A DNA stretch of 64,000 nt, from assembly GCA_964291405.2 (NCBI GenBank), contig OZ219926.1, positions 2,016,001-2,080,000 on the forward strand, in the 5' to 3' direction. This DNA comes from Thermodesulfobacteriota bacterium. Its GTDB lineage: Bacteria; Desulfobacterota; Binatia; Bin18. This document shows positions 39,273 through 47,785 of this stretch, in pieces. Each line of letters starts with the position of its first letter. Position 1 is the stretch's first letter. The notes beneath the pieces are model-generated. The model saw only the letters and a program-made list of their open reading frames with translations, ran no database searches and was not told the DNA's origin. The translations under genes were made by a program, and so were the position numbers.

Positions 39273-39336
39273 CTGTGGGCGTAACCCGACGGCCCACGTT
39301 TACCTTGTCGGATTACGCTCTGCTAATCCGACCTAC
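39259..39336. repeat. Inverted pair of GTAG-family REP elements
   Basis: GTAGGTCGAGTTAGC..CGTAACCCGAC (39259-39290) facing GTCGGATTACG..GCTAATCCGACCTAC (39307-39336). Confidence 0.8.
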
Positions 39337-39390
39337 AAGACTGAGCAGAGCAGCGAGGGGATCGATATTGAGGGTTACAGCGGTTCGTCC

Positions 39391-40404
39391 CTAGCAGCCA
39401 TGCATGTCGTCGATCTTGGGGTAAATGTCGGCAAAGCGCTTTATCGGCTCCTGCTGATCCACAAACTCGTCACGGATATCCCACGTCATCAAATCCTGAT
39501 AGCGGGCTACGACGTCACGGTCCGTATTTACGAGAAATATCGGAGTTTCCCGGCGCGGGCGATGTTTGGTCAGAAAAAACCTCATTCCCAAATCGGATAA
39601 TGGCAGTGAGTATCCAAGGATGAATACTCTTTCTGCTTTCTGTAGCGCATGCCCTGCTTCTCGCCAAAGCCGCCTAACGGTTTCGTTGTTGAAGTACGTG
39701 TTCTTCTCGGTGGCCGGCGGGATGATAAGCAGTTCTTTGTCTCGTGACTGCGGGCGTCGAAAATGAATATCGCTCCACCTTTTATCGCCAAAAGGAAGGT
39801 CTTCTGAATAGAGGATAGTTTCGCCGAAAAAGTCATCCCTTCCCGAATAGTACCAGTTTATGGAGCCATGGAGTTTCAGGAACGAAAACGTCTTCAGGAA
39901 ACCCTCGCTCCATATTCCAACTCCAGATCTTGCTTGCACATCGAAGAAGTACGGCGGGTACATCTGCCCCGCGAGGATTCCTTTCCCTTTATCAGTCGCC
40001 TGTACTTGCTTGGAAGCTCGCTCGACCAGCGTATCGTAGTTGAGCGTGATAACAGTCGCTTGTTCCCGGTGCCACGACCCGATAAGGCCGTTCAGCCATG
40101 ACGGCGCTTCGGTTTGCGACGCTCGCGCCGTTTGCTCTTCGATGACCGCTCCGATTTGATGGCGTATGAGCCCCGCCAGCGATTTGTTGGAGTCATTCTC
40201 GTATTCGGTCAGCCAAGGTTGCCGTTGCGACAGGTAGGTAATCCACAACTCGATGTTCTTATTCAGGTCTATCAACGGCCCAGGCAGCGAGCATTCGGGT
40301 TCCCAGAGTCGTCTGGTTACCTCGCCGGTTAGATCTGCCAGGGTTGGCATTCCGGAATGAATGGCTTTAGAAAACCCAGCTCCCAGGATGAACGCGTCGT
40401 TCAT
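39391..40404 (-). CDS. SIR2-like domain protein (SIR2_2 type)
   Basis: FILGAGFS, ITLNYDTLVE, LKLHGSINW, IIPP..K, ILGYSLPLSD. Confidence 0.88.
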   Translation of the reverse strand: MNDAFILGAGFSKAIHSGMPTLADLTGEVTRRLWEPECSLPGPLIDLNKNIELWITYLSQRQPWLTEYENDSNKSLAGLIRHQIGAVIEEQTARASQTEAPSWLNGLIGSWHREQATVITLNYDTLVERASKQVQATDKGKGILAGQMYPPYFFDVQARSGVGIWSEGFLKTFSFLKLHGSINWYYSGRDDFFGETILYSEDLPFGDKRWSDIHFRRPQSRDKELLIIPPATEKNTYFNNETVRRLWREAGHALQKAERVFILGYSLPLSDLGMRFFLTKHRPRRETPIFLVNTDRDVVARYQDLMTWDIRDEFVDQQEPIKRFADIYPKIDDMHGC

Positions 40405-40589
40405 GCGCGATCCTCTAGCCCAAGACGATGGTCTGCTGCCAGTGCAAGAGTTGCCGGCGCTCCGGCACCGCGGTTCTGCCGCGCTCAAAGGCGACACTGT
40501 CCATCCACCGCTTTATTGTCCGCGCGTCCATACCGCGACTATACGCGGCGCCGTATGGATGAGCAATTCTTTTGAGCCGACCGAGTCGG

Positions 40590-42050
40590 TCACGCCTCTT
40601 CCGCTTTAGCGTAGCCGAGGCTGCGGATGTCCTGCCCGTGTCCCTGCCGGGTGATGGTGTATTTGCTGACCAGATAGATAGAAATCCAGGGTAGGCTCAG
40701 GCTGAGAACGACATGGAAAATGGCCAAATTGCGTATTGGCTCCTGCATGGCCTCCACGCTCGGATTGGGAACCGAGAAGCCGAAGGCCGACAGCAGCAGA
40801 CCCACGATGAGCACCCCACCGGCGCTGATCATCTTCTGGGCCAGGGCCGGTCCCGTGGTCAACAGGCCCTCGCTGCGGCGACCGGTCTGGCGTTGGCTTT
40901 CCTCCACGATATCCGCGGTCATGGAGCCGACCAGGATAAATCCCGTCACCACTAGTGATACCACGAATGTGCTGTGCAGCAAGAGCAACCACCACAACAC
41001 GTCGGTTCCATTGGCCGGAAACAACGCGACGGACACCAGCGGGTCGAGCAGCCGCAGTACAACCGGCAGCGGTCCCAGCGTGGCCGACAGCAGAAACAGG
41101 CCGATCGCGGTGCGCTTCTTGTCTCGCCCGCGCGTCAGCGGATAGACCAGCAGCCCGCAACTGATGGCAACGAGCATATGGACGACCGGAAAGACCTGGA
41201 CGTGCTCCGGTGTCCACTGCCAGAAATACAGATCATAATAGCGGTCCGTATTGCTGTGCAGGCCGACGTACAGAGCAAAGACCAGCCCCGCGGCAAACAG
41301 CATCAACCACGAACGGTTCGACAGCGTCTCGACGATTTCCCGGCTCAGCTGGCGCAGGCTGAACCCACCGGCGGACTCATCCTCGGGAACGTGCAGGGCG
41401 GGGATGTGGCGGTGCAGGCCGAGCGTTGAGGTCATGCCGGTCGCGAAAATGATCACCCCCCCTATCCAGGCCATGCTGCGATAGCCGTCCGGGTTCAGAT
41501 AAGCCCGCGAGCCCTGATACTCGGCGGTCTCCGGCAATAAAAAGGCCAGCGTCAGCCAGGCGAACCCGGCGCCCCCAAACCAGCCGTAGGAAGTACTCCA
41601 GCCGACCAGTTGCGTCCGCTGGTCGTAGTCCTTGGTGAGTTCCGGACCGAGGGCGGCCCGCGGGATTTCATATAAGGTCATCGACACCCGCACGGCCACG
41701 GCCAGACACAGCAGCCGCACGAACAGGCCGTTCTGGCTCATATCGGACGGCGGCTGGAGCAGCGCGTAGAACGAGACGGCAAACGGCAAAATGCCAGCAT
41801 ACATGAAGGGGTGGCGTCGACCCCAGCGCGTACGCACCCGGTCCGACCAGACGCCGACCAGCGGGTCGGTGATCGCATCGACCACCAGAGCCAGGGCCAA
41901 GGCCAGTCCGGCCAGGGCCGGGTCCAGTCCCAGCACCTGATTGTAGTAGACCAGCACCCAGCCGCCGAAGACGTGGTTCTTCACGCCGCTGGCGATGGCG
42001 CCGAACCCGAACGCGTTCAGAGTGCCACGGCTGGCGCGGTGGGTGTACAC
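40590..42050 (-). CDS. MFS_2/GPH-family (MelB-like) symporter
   Basis: DAITDPLVGVWSDRVRTRWGRRHPF, ALGPELTKDYDQRT, MTADIVE..TGRRSEG. Confidence 0.9.
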   Translation of the reverse strand: MYTHRASRGTLNAFGFGAIASGVKNHVFGGWVLVYYNQVLGLDPALAGLALALALVVDAITDPLVGVWSDRVRTRWGRRHPFMYAGILPFAVSFYALLQPPSDMSQNGLFVRLLCLAVAVRVSMTLYEIPRAALGPELTKDYDQRTQLVGWSTSYGWFGGAGFAWLTLAFLLPETAEYQGSRAYLNPDGYRSMAWIGGVIIFATGMTSTLGLHRHIPALHVPEDESAGGFSLRQLSREIVETLSNRSWLMLFAAGLVFALYVGLHSNTDRYYDLYFWQWTPEHVQVFPVVHMLVAISCGLLVYPLTRGRDKKRTAIGLFLLSATLGPLPVVLRLLDPLVSVALFPANGTDVLWWLLLLHSTFVVSLVVTGFILVGSMTADIVEESQRQTGRRSEGLLTTGPALAQKMISAGGVLIVGLLLSAFGFSVPNPSVEAMQEPIRNLAIFHVVLSLSLPWISIYLVSKYTITRQGHGQDIRSLGYAKAEEA

Positions 42051-42056
42051 GACCGG

Positions 42057-43886
42057 CTACGTGAGCTCCACGCCCTCCAGACGGCCGGTGGATCGCCAGT
42101 CGTCGAGGATACGGAAAAACTTGATGGGTCCGGCCCCATAGGTGCCGGCGAAAAATCCGTTGTCAGTATCAAGCTTGCCCTCGTTGTTGTAATAGCCCGG
42201 TGTGCACTCGGCATAAAACCGTTCGGCAATGCGCGACTTGTCCTTCATCTCGGCCAGCCACATGTCTTCGGCTTCGAGCGTGGCCTCAATCCGGGTTGCG
42301 TCTCGCTGGCGGGCCTGGTCGAGGATATAGGTGACGTGCTTGGCCTGCTCGTTCAGGGCATGCGGGACGTTGACCGACAGGGCGGTCTGGGTGAAGCCGA
42401 GGAAAAAACAGTTCGGGAACCCGTTGGCCTGGAGTCCGAACAGGGTGCGCCAGCCCTTGGCCCACTTGTCGCTCAAGGAAAGGCCGTTACGACCAATGAT
42501 GTCGTAGCCGGCCCGGCGGGTATAGCTGGTGCCGACCTCGAAGCCGGTGGCAAAAACGATGCAATCGACCGGGTACTCGGTCCCGTTGGCCACGATACCT
42601 CGCTCGGTGATGCGCTCAATGCCCCGGCCGTCGGTATCGACCAGGATCACGTTCGGCCGGTTGAAGGTCGGCAGGTATTCGTCGTGGAAGCAGGGCCGTT
42701 TGCAGAACTGCCGGTACCAGGGCTTGAGGGCCTCGGCCGTGTTCGGATCGTTGACGATGGCCTCGGCCCGGTCGCGCACCTGATTCATCTTCTGGAAGTC
42801 GAGCAGCTCCATGAGTTGGCCCTTCTCCCGTGAGGTGAGACGCCGCCCCAGCTCGCGGGAAGCCGTCTTGGCGGCAATACCGGTCAGGTTGCGGAAAATC
42901 TCGGTCCAGCCGTCGGCCACGAGGTCTTCGTCCTGGTCGCCACCGCTAACCAGAATGTTGAAGTTGTCCATGCGTCGCTGCTGCCAGCCCGGTTCGAGTT
43001 GCTGGGCAAAGTCCGGCCCGGTTTCCCGGTTGTTACGCACGTCAATGGACGAGGGGGTACGCTGGAACACATAGAGATGCTTGGCCCACTCGCCGAGGTG
43101 GGGAATGCACTGCACCGCGGTCGCGCCCGTGCCGATGATGGCGACACGTTTATCGCTCAGGCCGGTGAGATTCCCATCCGAGTCGCCACCGGTATAGTCA
43201 TAGTCCCAGCGGCTGGTGTGAAAGGTATGGCCCTTGAAGCTGGTGATGCCGGGGATACCGGGCAGCTTGGGCCGGTTGAGCGGCCCGTTGGCCATGGCCA
43301 CGAATTGCGCCCGGATGGCGTCGCCCCGGTCGGTATGAATAATCCAGCGCCCGCTCGTGTCGTCCCAGCGCATGTCGCTCACCCCGGTTTGGAGGCAGGC
43401 GTTTTTGTACAGGTCGTAGTGGCGGGCGATGGCCTTGCTGTGCTCAAAGATTTCGGGCGCGTACGAGTATTTATGCTTGGGGATATAGTTCAGCTCTTCG
43501 AGCAGCGGCAGATAGCAGTACGACTCAACATCGCACATGGCACCGGGATAGCGATTCCAATACCAGGTGCCGCCAAAGTCACCGGCCTTCTCAATGACTC
43601 GGATATCGTTAAAGCCGGCCTCGCGCAGTCGGCCTCCCATCAGCAGTCCGCCGAAACCGCCGCCGATGATGGCCACCTGGACCTCGTCATGAAGCGGGTC
43701 GCGCTCGACCCACTCGGTATAGGGGTCGTCGGTATAGCTGGCAAATTCGTCAGCAACTTCCTGGTACTGGGCGTTGCCGTCCTCGCGCAGCCGCTTGTCG
43801 CGCTCGTAGCGATATTTGGCCCGCAGTTCGTTCGGGTCAAAGCCTAATTTTTCTTTTGGGTCATCCCCCAACAGGTCGATGCTCAT
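42057..43886 (-). CDS. Baeyer-Villiger monooxygenase (type I)
   Basis: GGGFGG, GGTWYWNRYPG..CD, fingerprint FKGHTFHTSRWD, GTGATAVQ, KRPCFHD, ATGF. Confidence 0.95.
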   Translation of the reverse strand: MSIDLLGDDPKEKLGFDPNELRAKYRYERDKRLREDGNAQYQEVADEFASYTDDPYTEWVERDPLHDEVQVAIIGGGFGGLLMGGRLREAGFNDIRVIEKAGDFGGTWYWNRYPGAMCDVESYCYLPLLEELNYIPKHKYSYAPEIFEHSKAIARHYDLYKNACLQTGVSDMRWDDTSGRWIIHTDRGDAIRAQFVAMANGPLNRPKLPGIPGITSFKGHTFHTSRWDYDYTGGDSDGNLTGLSDKRVAIIGTGATAVQCIPHLGEWAKHLYVFQRTPSSIDVRNNRETGPDFAQQLEPGWQQRRMDNFNILVSGGDQDEDLVADGWTEIFRNLTGIAAKTASRELGRRLTSREKGQLMELLDFQKMNQVRDRAEAIVNDPNTAEALKPWYRQFCKRPCFHDEYLPTFNRPNVILVDTDGRGIERITERGIVANGTEYPVDCIVFATGFEVGTSYTRRAGYDIIGRNGLSLSDKWAKGWRTLFGLQANGFPNCFFLGFTQTALSVNVPHALNEQAKHVTYILDQARQRDATRIEATLEAEDMWLAEMKDKSRIAERFYAECTPGYYNNEGKLDTDNGFFAGTYGAGPIKFFRILDDWRSTGRLEGVELT

Positions 43887-44023
43887 GCGTCTCTCCTCGG
43901 TCCTACTTCCCAGTATACCGTTGATTCCTCAACGGGTTGCTCTGCATAATGCGCGAGCAGTCTAAAGAATATTCGCTGGTGCGTCTATTGGGCCACCGGA
44001 CGCCCATGTTGGAGGATACCCGC

Positions 44024-44761
44024 GTGAGTCAGCCCGCAGAATATGATGCCATTGCCGAAGCCTACCAGGACTCCAAGCGACTACCGTTTCGAGAATATGT
44101 CGAACGCTATACCCTGTTCGACATGCTGGGCGATGTGCGCGGGAAGGCAGTGCTGGACGTTGCCTGTGGCGAGGGATTCTACACGCGTCTGATCAAACAG
44201 GCCGGGGCCGCGGAGGTCACGGGCGTCGATATCTCCGCGGCGATGATCCAACTGGCGGAACAAGAAGAGCGGCGAGATCCCCTGGGCTGCCGCTATCTGC
44301 ACTGGGACGTGGCGCAGTTTGAGCCGTCCAGACCTGTTGACGTGGTCGTGGCCATGTATCTGCTGAGCTATGCCAGCAGCCGGGAAATGCTCCATCGCTT
44401 CTGCCAAGTCTGTTCCGATGCGCTCCGACCGGGCGGTCGGCTGGTCGGTATCAAAGACAACATCCATAGTCCTCTCGGGGGCAGGGTGTCGCCGACAAAA
44501 TACGGAATTGAAAGAACGTTTACAGCCCCCCTGACTGAGGGTGACGCCGTGCCCTATACCCTCACCAACGAAGACGGGCAAACGTTTTCGTTCACCAATT
44601 TCTTCTTCAAACCGGAAACCTATCAAGACGCCTTTCGGGCGGCCGGGTTTCGAGAGTTCGAGTGGGTCCCCGTCGCGATACACCCGTCCCAGCGCACCGA
44701 TCCCTTCTGGAACGACTTCCTGCGGGACCCGCCGCTGATCGCCTTTTCCGCGTTGAAATAA
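44024..44761 (+). CDS. Class I SAM-dependent methyltransferase
   Basis: VLDVACGEG, GVDIS, LRPGGRL; GGAGG RBS before GTG 44024. Confidence 0.9.
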   Translation: MSQPAEYDAIAEAYQDSKRLPFREYVERYTLFDMLGDVRGKAVLDVACGEGFYTRLIKQAGAAEVTGVDISAAMIQLAEQEERRDPLGCRYLHWDVAQFEPSRPVDVVVAMYLLSYASSREMLHRFCQVCSDALRPGGRLVGIKDNIHSPLGGRVSPTKYGIERTFTAPLTEGDAVPYTLTNEDGQTFSFTNFFFKPETYQDAFRAAGFREFEWVPVAIHPSQRTDPFWNDFLRDPPLIAFSALK

Positions 44762-44763
44762 GG

Positions 44764-45984
44764 CTAGGGAATCGTTCTTGCCAGGCGAAAGCCGAGGCTG
44801 ATATTGCGGTCGCTAGGCTCATAGCGGAAGCGATTTACCACACGACACGAGTCGGCGCGGCTGCGCCACCCTCCGCCGCGACCAACCCGGCTGCTACCCG
44901 TGGCCGGGCCTTGGGAGTCCGTGACCGAATCGGCGGGGTAGTCTCCATACCAGTCCGCCACCCACTCCCAGACGTTGCCATGCATATCATACAGCCCCCA
45001 CTGGTTGGGCTGATAACTCCCGACCGGGGCGGGTCCGCTGGCGACACCGTCCGAGCAGGCCGTGTTTCGCCATCTCAGGCCCGAACTGCTGTCGGCGTGA
45101 TTCGCATACTGGCAGAGTCCAGACTCCGCATCGCCAAAGTGATACCGCGTCTGCGTCCCGGCCCGGGCCGCGTACTCCCATTCGGCTTCGGTCGGCAGCC
45201 GGTAGGTCGTCTCTCCCGTCCGTGCGTTCAACTCCGCGATAAAGGTCTCGACCTCCTCCCAGGAAACCCCCTCCACCGGGCAGGTATCGCCGCAGTGGCG
45301 GAAAAACGACGGATTGTCTCCCATCACCGCTCGCCACTGCGCTTGGGTGACTTCGTATTTCCCCAGGTAAAACGGCTGGCTGATCGTCACCTGGTGGAGT
45401 GTTTCGTCCTCTTCATGGTCCTCCGCTTCCGCCGGCGAGCCCATTTGGAACGTGCCCGCCTCAATCCGCACAAATTCCATCGCGAGGCTGTTGATCAGAT
45501 CCTCGCCCTCGAGCCCGAGCACCATCTCCAGGTGTTGCGTGCTCTGGTTCCACTCAAACCGCACGCTCTCCCCAGGCGATGGAAAATCCAGCACCCGGAC
45601 CTGGGCGCTCGCCCCTTTTACAAACTCCTCCCCGGTAGTCGCCACCTCGAACGTACTCCGCGCAAACTCCACCCCACCATCGTAGGCCACGGCGGTGTGA
45701 GTCCCATCATCCAGATGCGCCCAGTTCCAGACCGTACTAAAGCCGTTGTTTGTGTCGCCACACACCCCGGCGGTATCGGACCGCTCACGGCGGTACGGCA
45801 GGGGAATCGGGTCGCCATCGTTGAAACGGACTGTAATCAGTCCGCTGGCTTCACACTTCCAGCCCGAGATAACTCCGATACCTGACAATTTGGCTCCATT
45901 GCCGGGAATCTCAAGCATGGCGGCATGAGCCAGAGCCGGAACCAGGACAACAACGAGGCCACAGAGACGGAGTAAGAGATGCAT
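44764..45984 (-). CDS. Secreted FGE-sulfatase (SUMF1) domain protein with an extra N-terminal Cys-containing domain
   Basis: Signal peptide (AHA-A); GTFQMGS, KYEVTQAQW, RLPTEAEWEYAARAG, GLYDMHGNVWEW, RGGGW, GFRLAR. Confidence 0.92.
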   Translation of the reverse strand: MHLLLRLCGLVVVLVPALAHAAMLEIPGNGAKLSGIGVISGWKCEASGLITVRFNDGDPIPLPYRRERSDTAGVCGDTNNGFSTVWNWAHLDDGTHTAVAYDGGVEFARSTFEVATTGEEFVKGASAQVRVLDFPSPGESVRFEWNQSTQHLEMVLGLEGEDLINSLAMEFVRIEAGTFQMGSPAEAEDHEEDETLHQVTISQPFYLGKYEVTQAQWRAVMGDNPSFFRHCGDTCPVEGVSWEEVETFIAELNARTGETTYRLPTEAEWEYAARAGTQTRYHFGDAESGLCQYANHADSSSGLRWRNTACSDGVASGPAPVGSYQPNQWGLYDMHGNVWEWVADWYGDYPADSVTDSQGPATGSSRVGRGGGWRSRADSCRVVNRFRYEPSDRNISLGFRLARTIP

Positions 45985-46077
45985 CAAGTCCTCCTCACCG
46001 AGCGATGAATGGGGTTCGATATAGCACACGACTCTGGCGGCTTCACGGGCGGCGGGTAAGTGCGACCAGGCTCCTAC

Positions 46078-46494
46078 TCACTCTCTGCCAAGACGTTCCA
46101 AGGCTTCACGGGCAGTCACCGTGGGGATGCTGTGGACCTCCCCAAGTGCGAGCATGTGTTTCTTATCACCGGAGACGATCAAGTCGGCTTTCCCGGCGAT
46201 TGCCGCAGCCAAAATCGGGTTATCCTTTGGGTCGGGGGATAAGTGCACGCCGGGAGGCTCGTCAAGGACAAGGGCGCGGGTACCGAGGTTCTCAACAATA
46301 GCTACCGCTTCATCGGTGTCGATAAACCTATGGAGGCGGGGTCGGGCGAGAACATCGGCAAGTTCGGCCAGTTGTGCGGTTGACGTGACAAGCTCAAACT
46401 CACCGCGCAGCCATGCCTGATACAATCGGTCGGGTGGAGTGCCCTTAGTGATAAGGGCACCGATCAGGATATTGGTATCAAGCACGACCCGCAC
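46078..46494 (-). CDS. PIN-domain toxin
   Basis: VVLDTNILI, SPDPKDN, ADLIVSGDK acidic PIN motifs. Confidence 0.9.
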   Translation of the reverse strand: MRVVLDTNILIGALITKGTPPDRLYQAWLRGEFELVTSTAQLAELADVLARPRLHRFIDTDEAVAIVENLGTRALVLDEPPGVHLSPDPKDNPILAAAIAGKADLIVSGDKKHMLALGEVHSIPTVTAREALERLGRE

Positions 46495-46714
46495 GTGCGG
46501 CGTCCACTTCCTCGTCAATCAGGTCAAGGATGGCCTGTTGGTCCTGTCCGGCGTTGTGGTCCTTGATCTGACGCACGGTGAGGTCCAACACGCGGCGACG
46601 CACGGCTTCATCAACGAACCGGGACAAGTCGCCCTTCTTACCGCCGGTACGGGCTAAAAAGGTGCGAACCGCCCGGTCCGTCTGTTCAGGGATAGAGAGA
46701 TTCCAACGGGTCAT
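46478..46714 (-). CDS. Ribbon-helix-helix antitoxin
   Basis: RWNLSIPEQTDRAVRTFLA..KKGDLSRFVDEAV; overlaps the PIN start. Confidence 0.85.
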   Translation of the reverse strand: MTRWNLSIPEQTDRAVRTFLARTGGKKGDLSRFVDEAVRRRVLDLTVRQIKDHNAGQDQQAILDLIDEEVDAARAGRA

Positions 46715-46730
46715 AGATCAACTTTCCACA

Positions 46731-46785
46731 TATATGCATATACACTTATGCGCTTACGCTACCACGCCCCGGCCCGTACCGTCAA
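46731..46785 (-). promoter_or_regulatory. Promoter and operator of the RHH-PIN operon
   Basis: TTGACG-18 nt-TAGCGT preceded by TGn; perfect palindrome TATATGCATATA at 46731-46742 between -10 and ATG. Confidence 0.6.
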
Positions 46786-46906
46786 TTTCCCGCATGGAGT
46801 TACCGCTAATACTTCCGGTGATGGCTAGGTTTTTGTCACGGGCCTGTATACTATGCGGTAATTAAGGCGTGTTATCAGGGGTTATCACCCCGGAAGGAGC
46901 AGGGCT

Positions 46907-47278
46907 ATGCGACTCCAACTGGCGCTCAACGTTCGTGACCTCAATGAGGCGGTCGAGTATTACTCGAAGCTTTTTGCCGTCAAACCGCACAAACTGAGAG
47001 ATGGCTATGCAAATTTTGCGATTGATACGCCGCCGCTCAAGCTGGTCTTGTTCGAGAACCCGGAGGCCGAGGAACGGCTGAATCATCTCGGGGTCGAGGT
47101 GTTTGATGAGGCCGAGGTTGCTTCTGCGGCAGAGCGGTTCGAGGCCGCGGGTATTGCGCCCGAGGTCCAGCGCAATAAGACGTGTTGCCACGCGACCCAG
47201 AACAAGGTGTGGGCCCTGGAACCGCAGGGACTGCGCTGGGAATGGTATCGGATCACCGACGATGAACCTGCGGAGTGA
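46907..47278 (+). CDS. ArsI/CadI-family VOC (glyoxalase-fold) metalloenzyme
   Basis: RLQLALNV, GYANFAI..PPLKLVL, LNHLGVEV, vicinal TCCHATQNKVW, WEWY. Confidence 0.88.
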   Translation: MRLQLALNVRDLNEAVEYYSKLFAVKPHKLRDGYANFAIDTPPLKLVLFENPEAEERLNHLGVEVFDEAEVASAAERFEAAGIAPEVQRNKTCCHATQNKVWALEPQGLRWEWYRITDDEPAE

Positions 47279-47281
47279 GGT

Positions 47282-47770
47282 ATGAGCGCGATGAATATGG
47301 AAGAGCTGGCCAAACGCCTCCAGGTGTTGGAAGACATTGAGGCGATTAAAAAAATGAAGGCTGAATTCCATGCCCTGTGTGATGAGGGCTATCAGGACCT
47401 GGACGGGATCATAGATTTTTTTGTCGAGGATGGGGTGTGGGACGGAGAGGCGTTTGGCAGGTATGAAGGCCGGGCCGCTATCCGGGCGCTTTTTGCGGAC
47501 GTGCCGAAAACGCTGCCGTTTGTCCGCCATCAGGTCATGAATCCGATTATTGAGGTCAACGGCGATACCGCGACCGGCCAGTGGTATTTATTCCAGCCGA
47601 CGACCATGGTCGGGGACGATGGGGCGCAAGCCGTCTGGGGCTCGGCCAAATACGACGAGACGTATGTCCGGGTGGATGGGAAATGGAAGTTTCAGCGGCT
47701 CGGGGTCACATTGGGATTCTGGACGCCCTACGACCAAGGCTGGGCGAAGAAGTGGACGATCCTGGATTAG
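47282..47770 (+). CDS. NTF2/SnoaL_4 family (BaiE/LinA-like) protein
   Basis: LEDIEAIKK..CD, FVEDGVW, RHQVMNPIIEVNGDTATGQWY, YVRVDGKWKF. Confidence 0.85.
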   Translation: MSAMNMEELAKRLQVLEDIEAIKKMKAEFHALCDEGYQDLDGIIDFFVEDGVWDGEAFGRYEGRAAIRALFADVPKTLPFVRHQVMNPIIEVNGDTATGQWYLFQPTTMVGDDGAQAVWGSAKYDETYVRVDGKWKFQRLGVTLGFWTPYDQGWAKKWTILD

Positions 47771-47785
47771 CGGAAGGAAAGATAC

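Noticed and set aside
44764-44900. FGE/C-lectin-type C-terminus as a diversity-generating retroelement target
   Set aside because: No reverse transcriptase and no template repeat differing at adenines seen in the window; a remote DGR cannot be excluded
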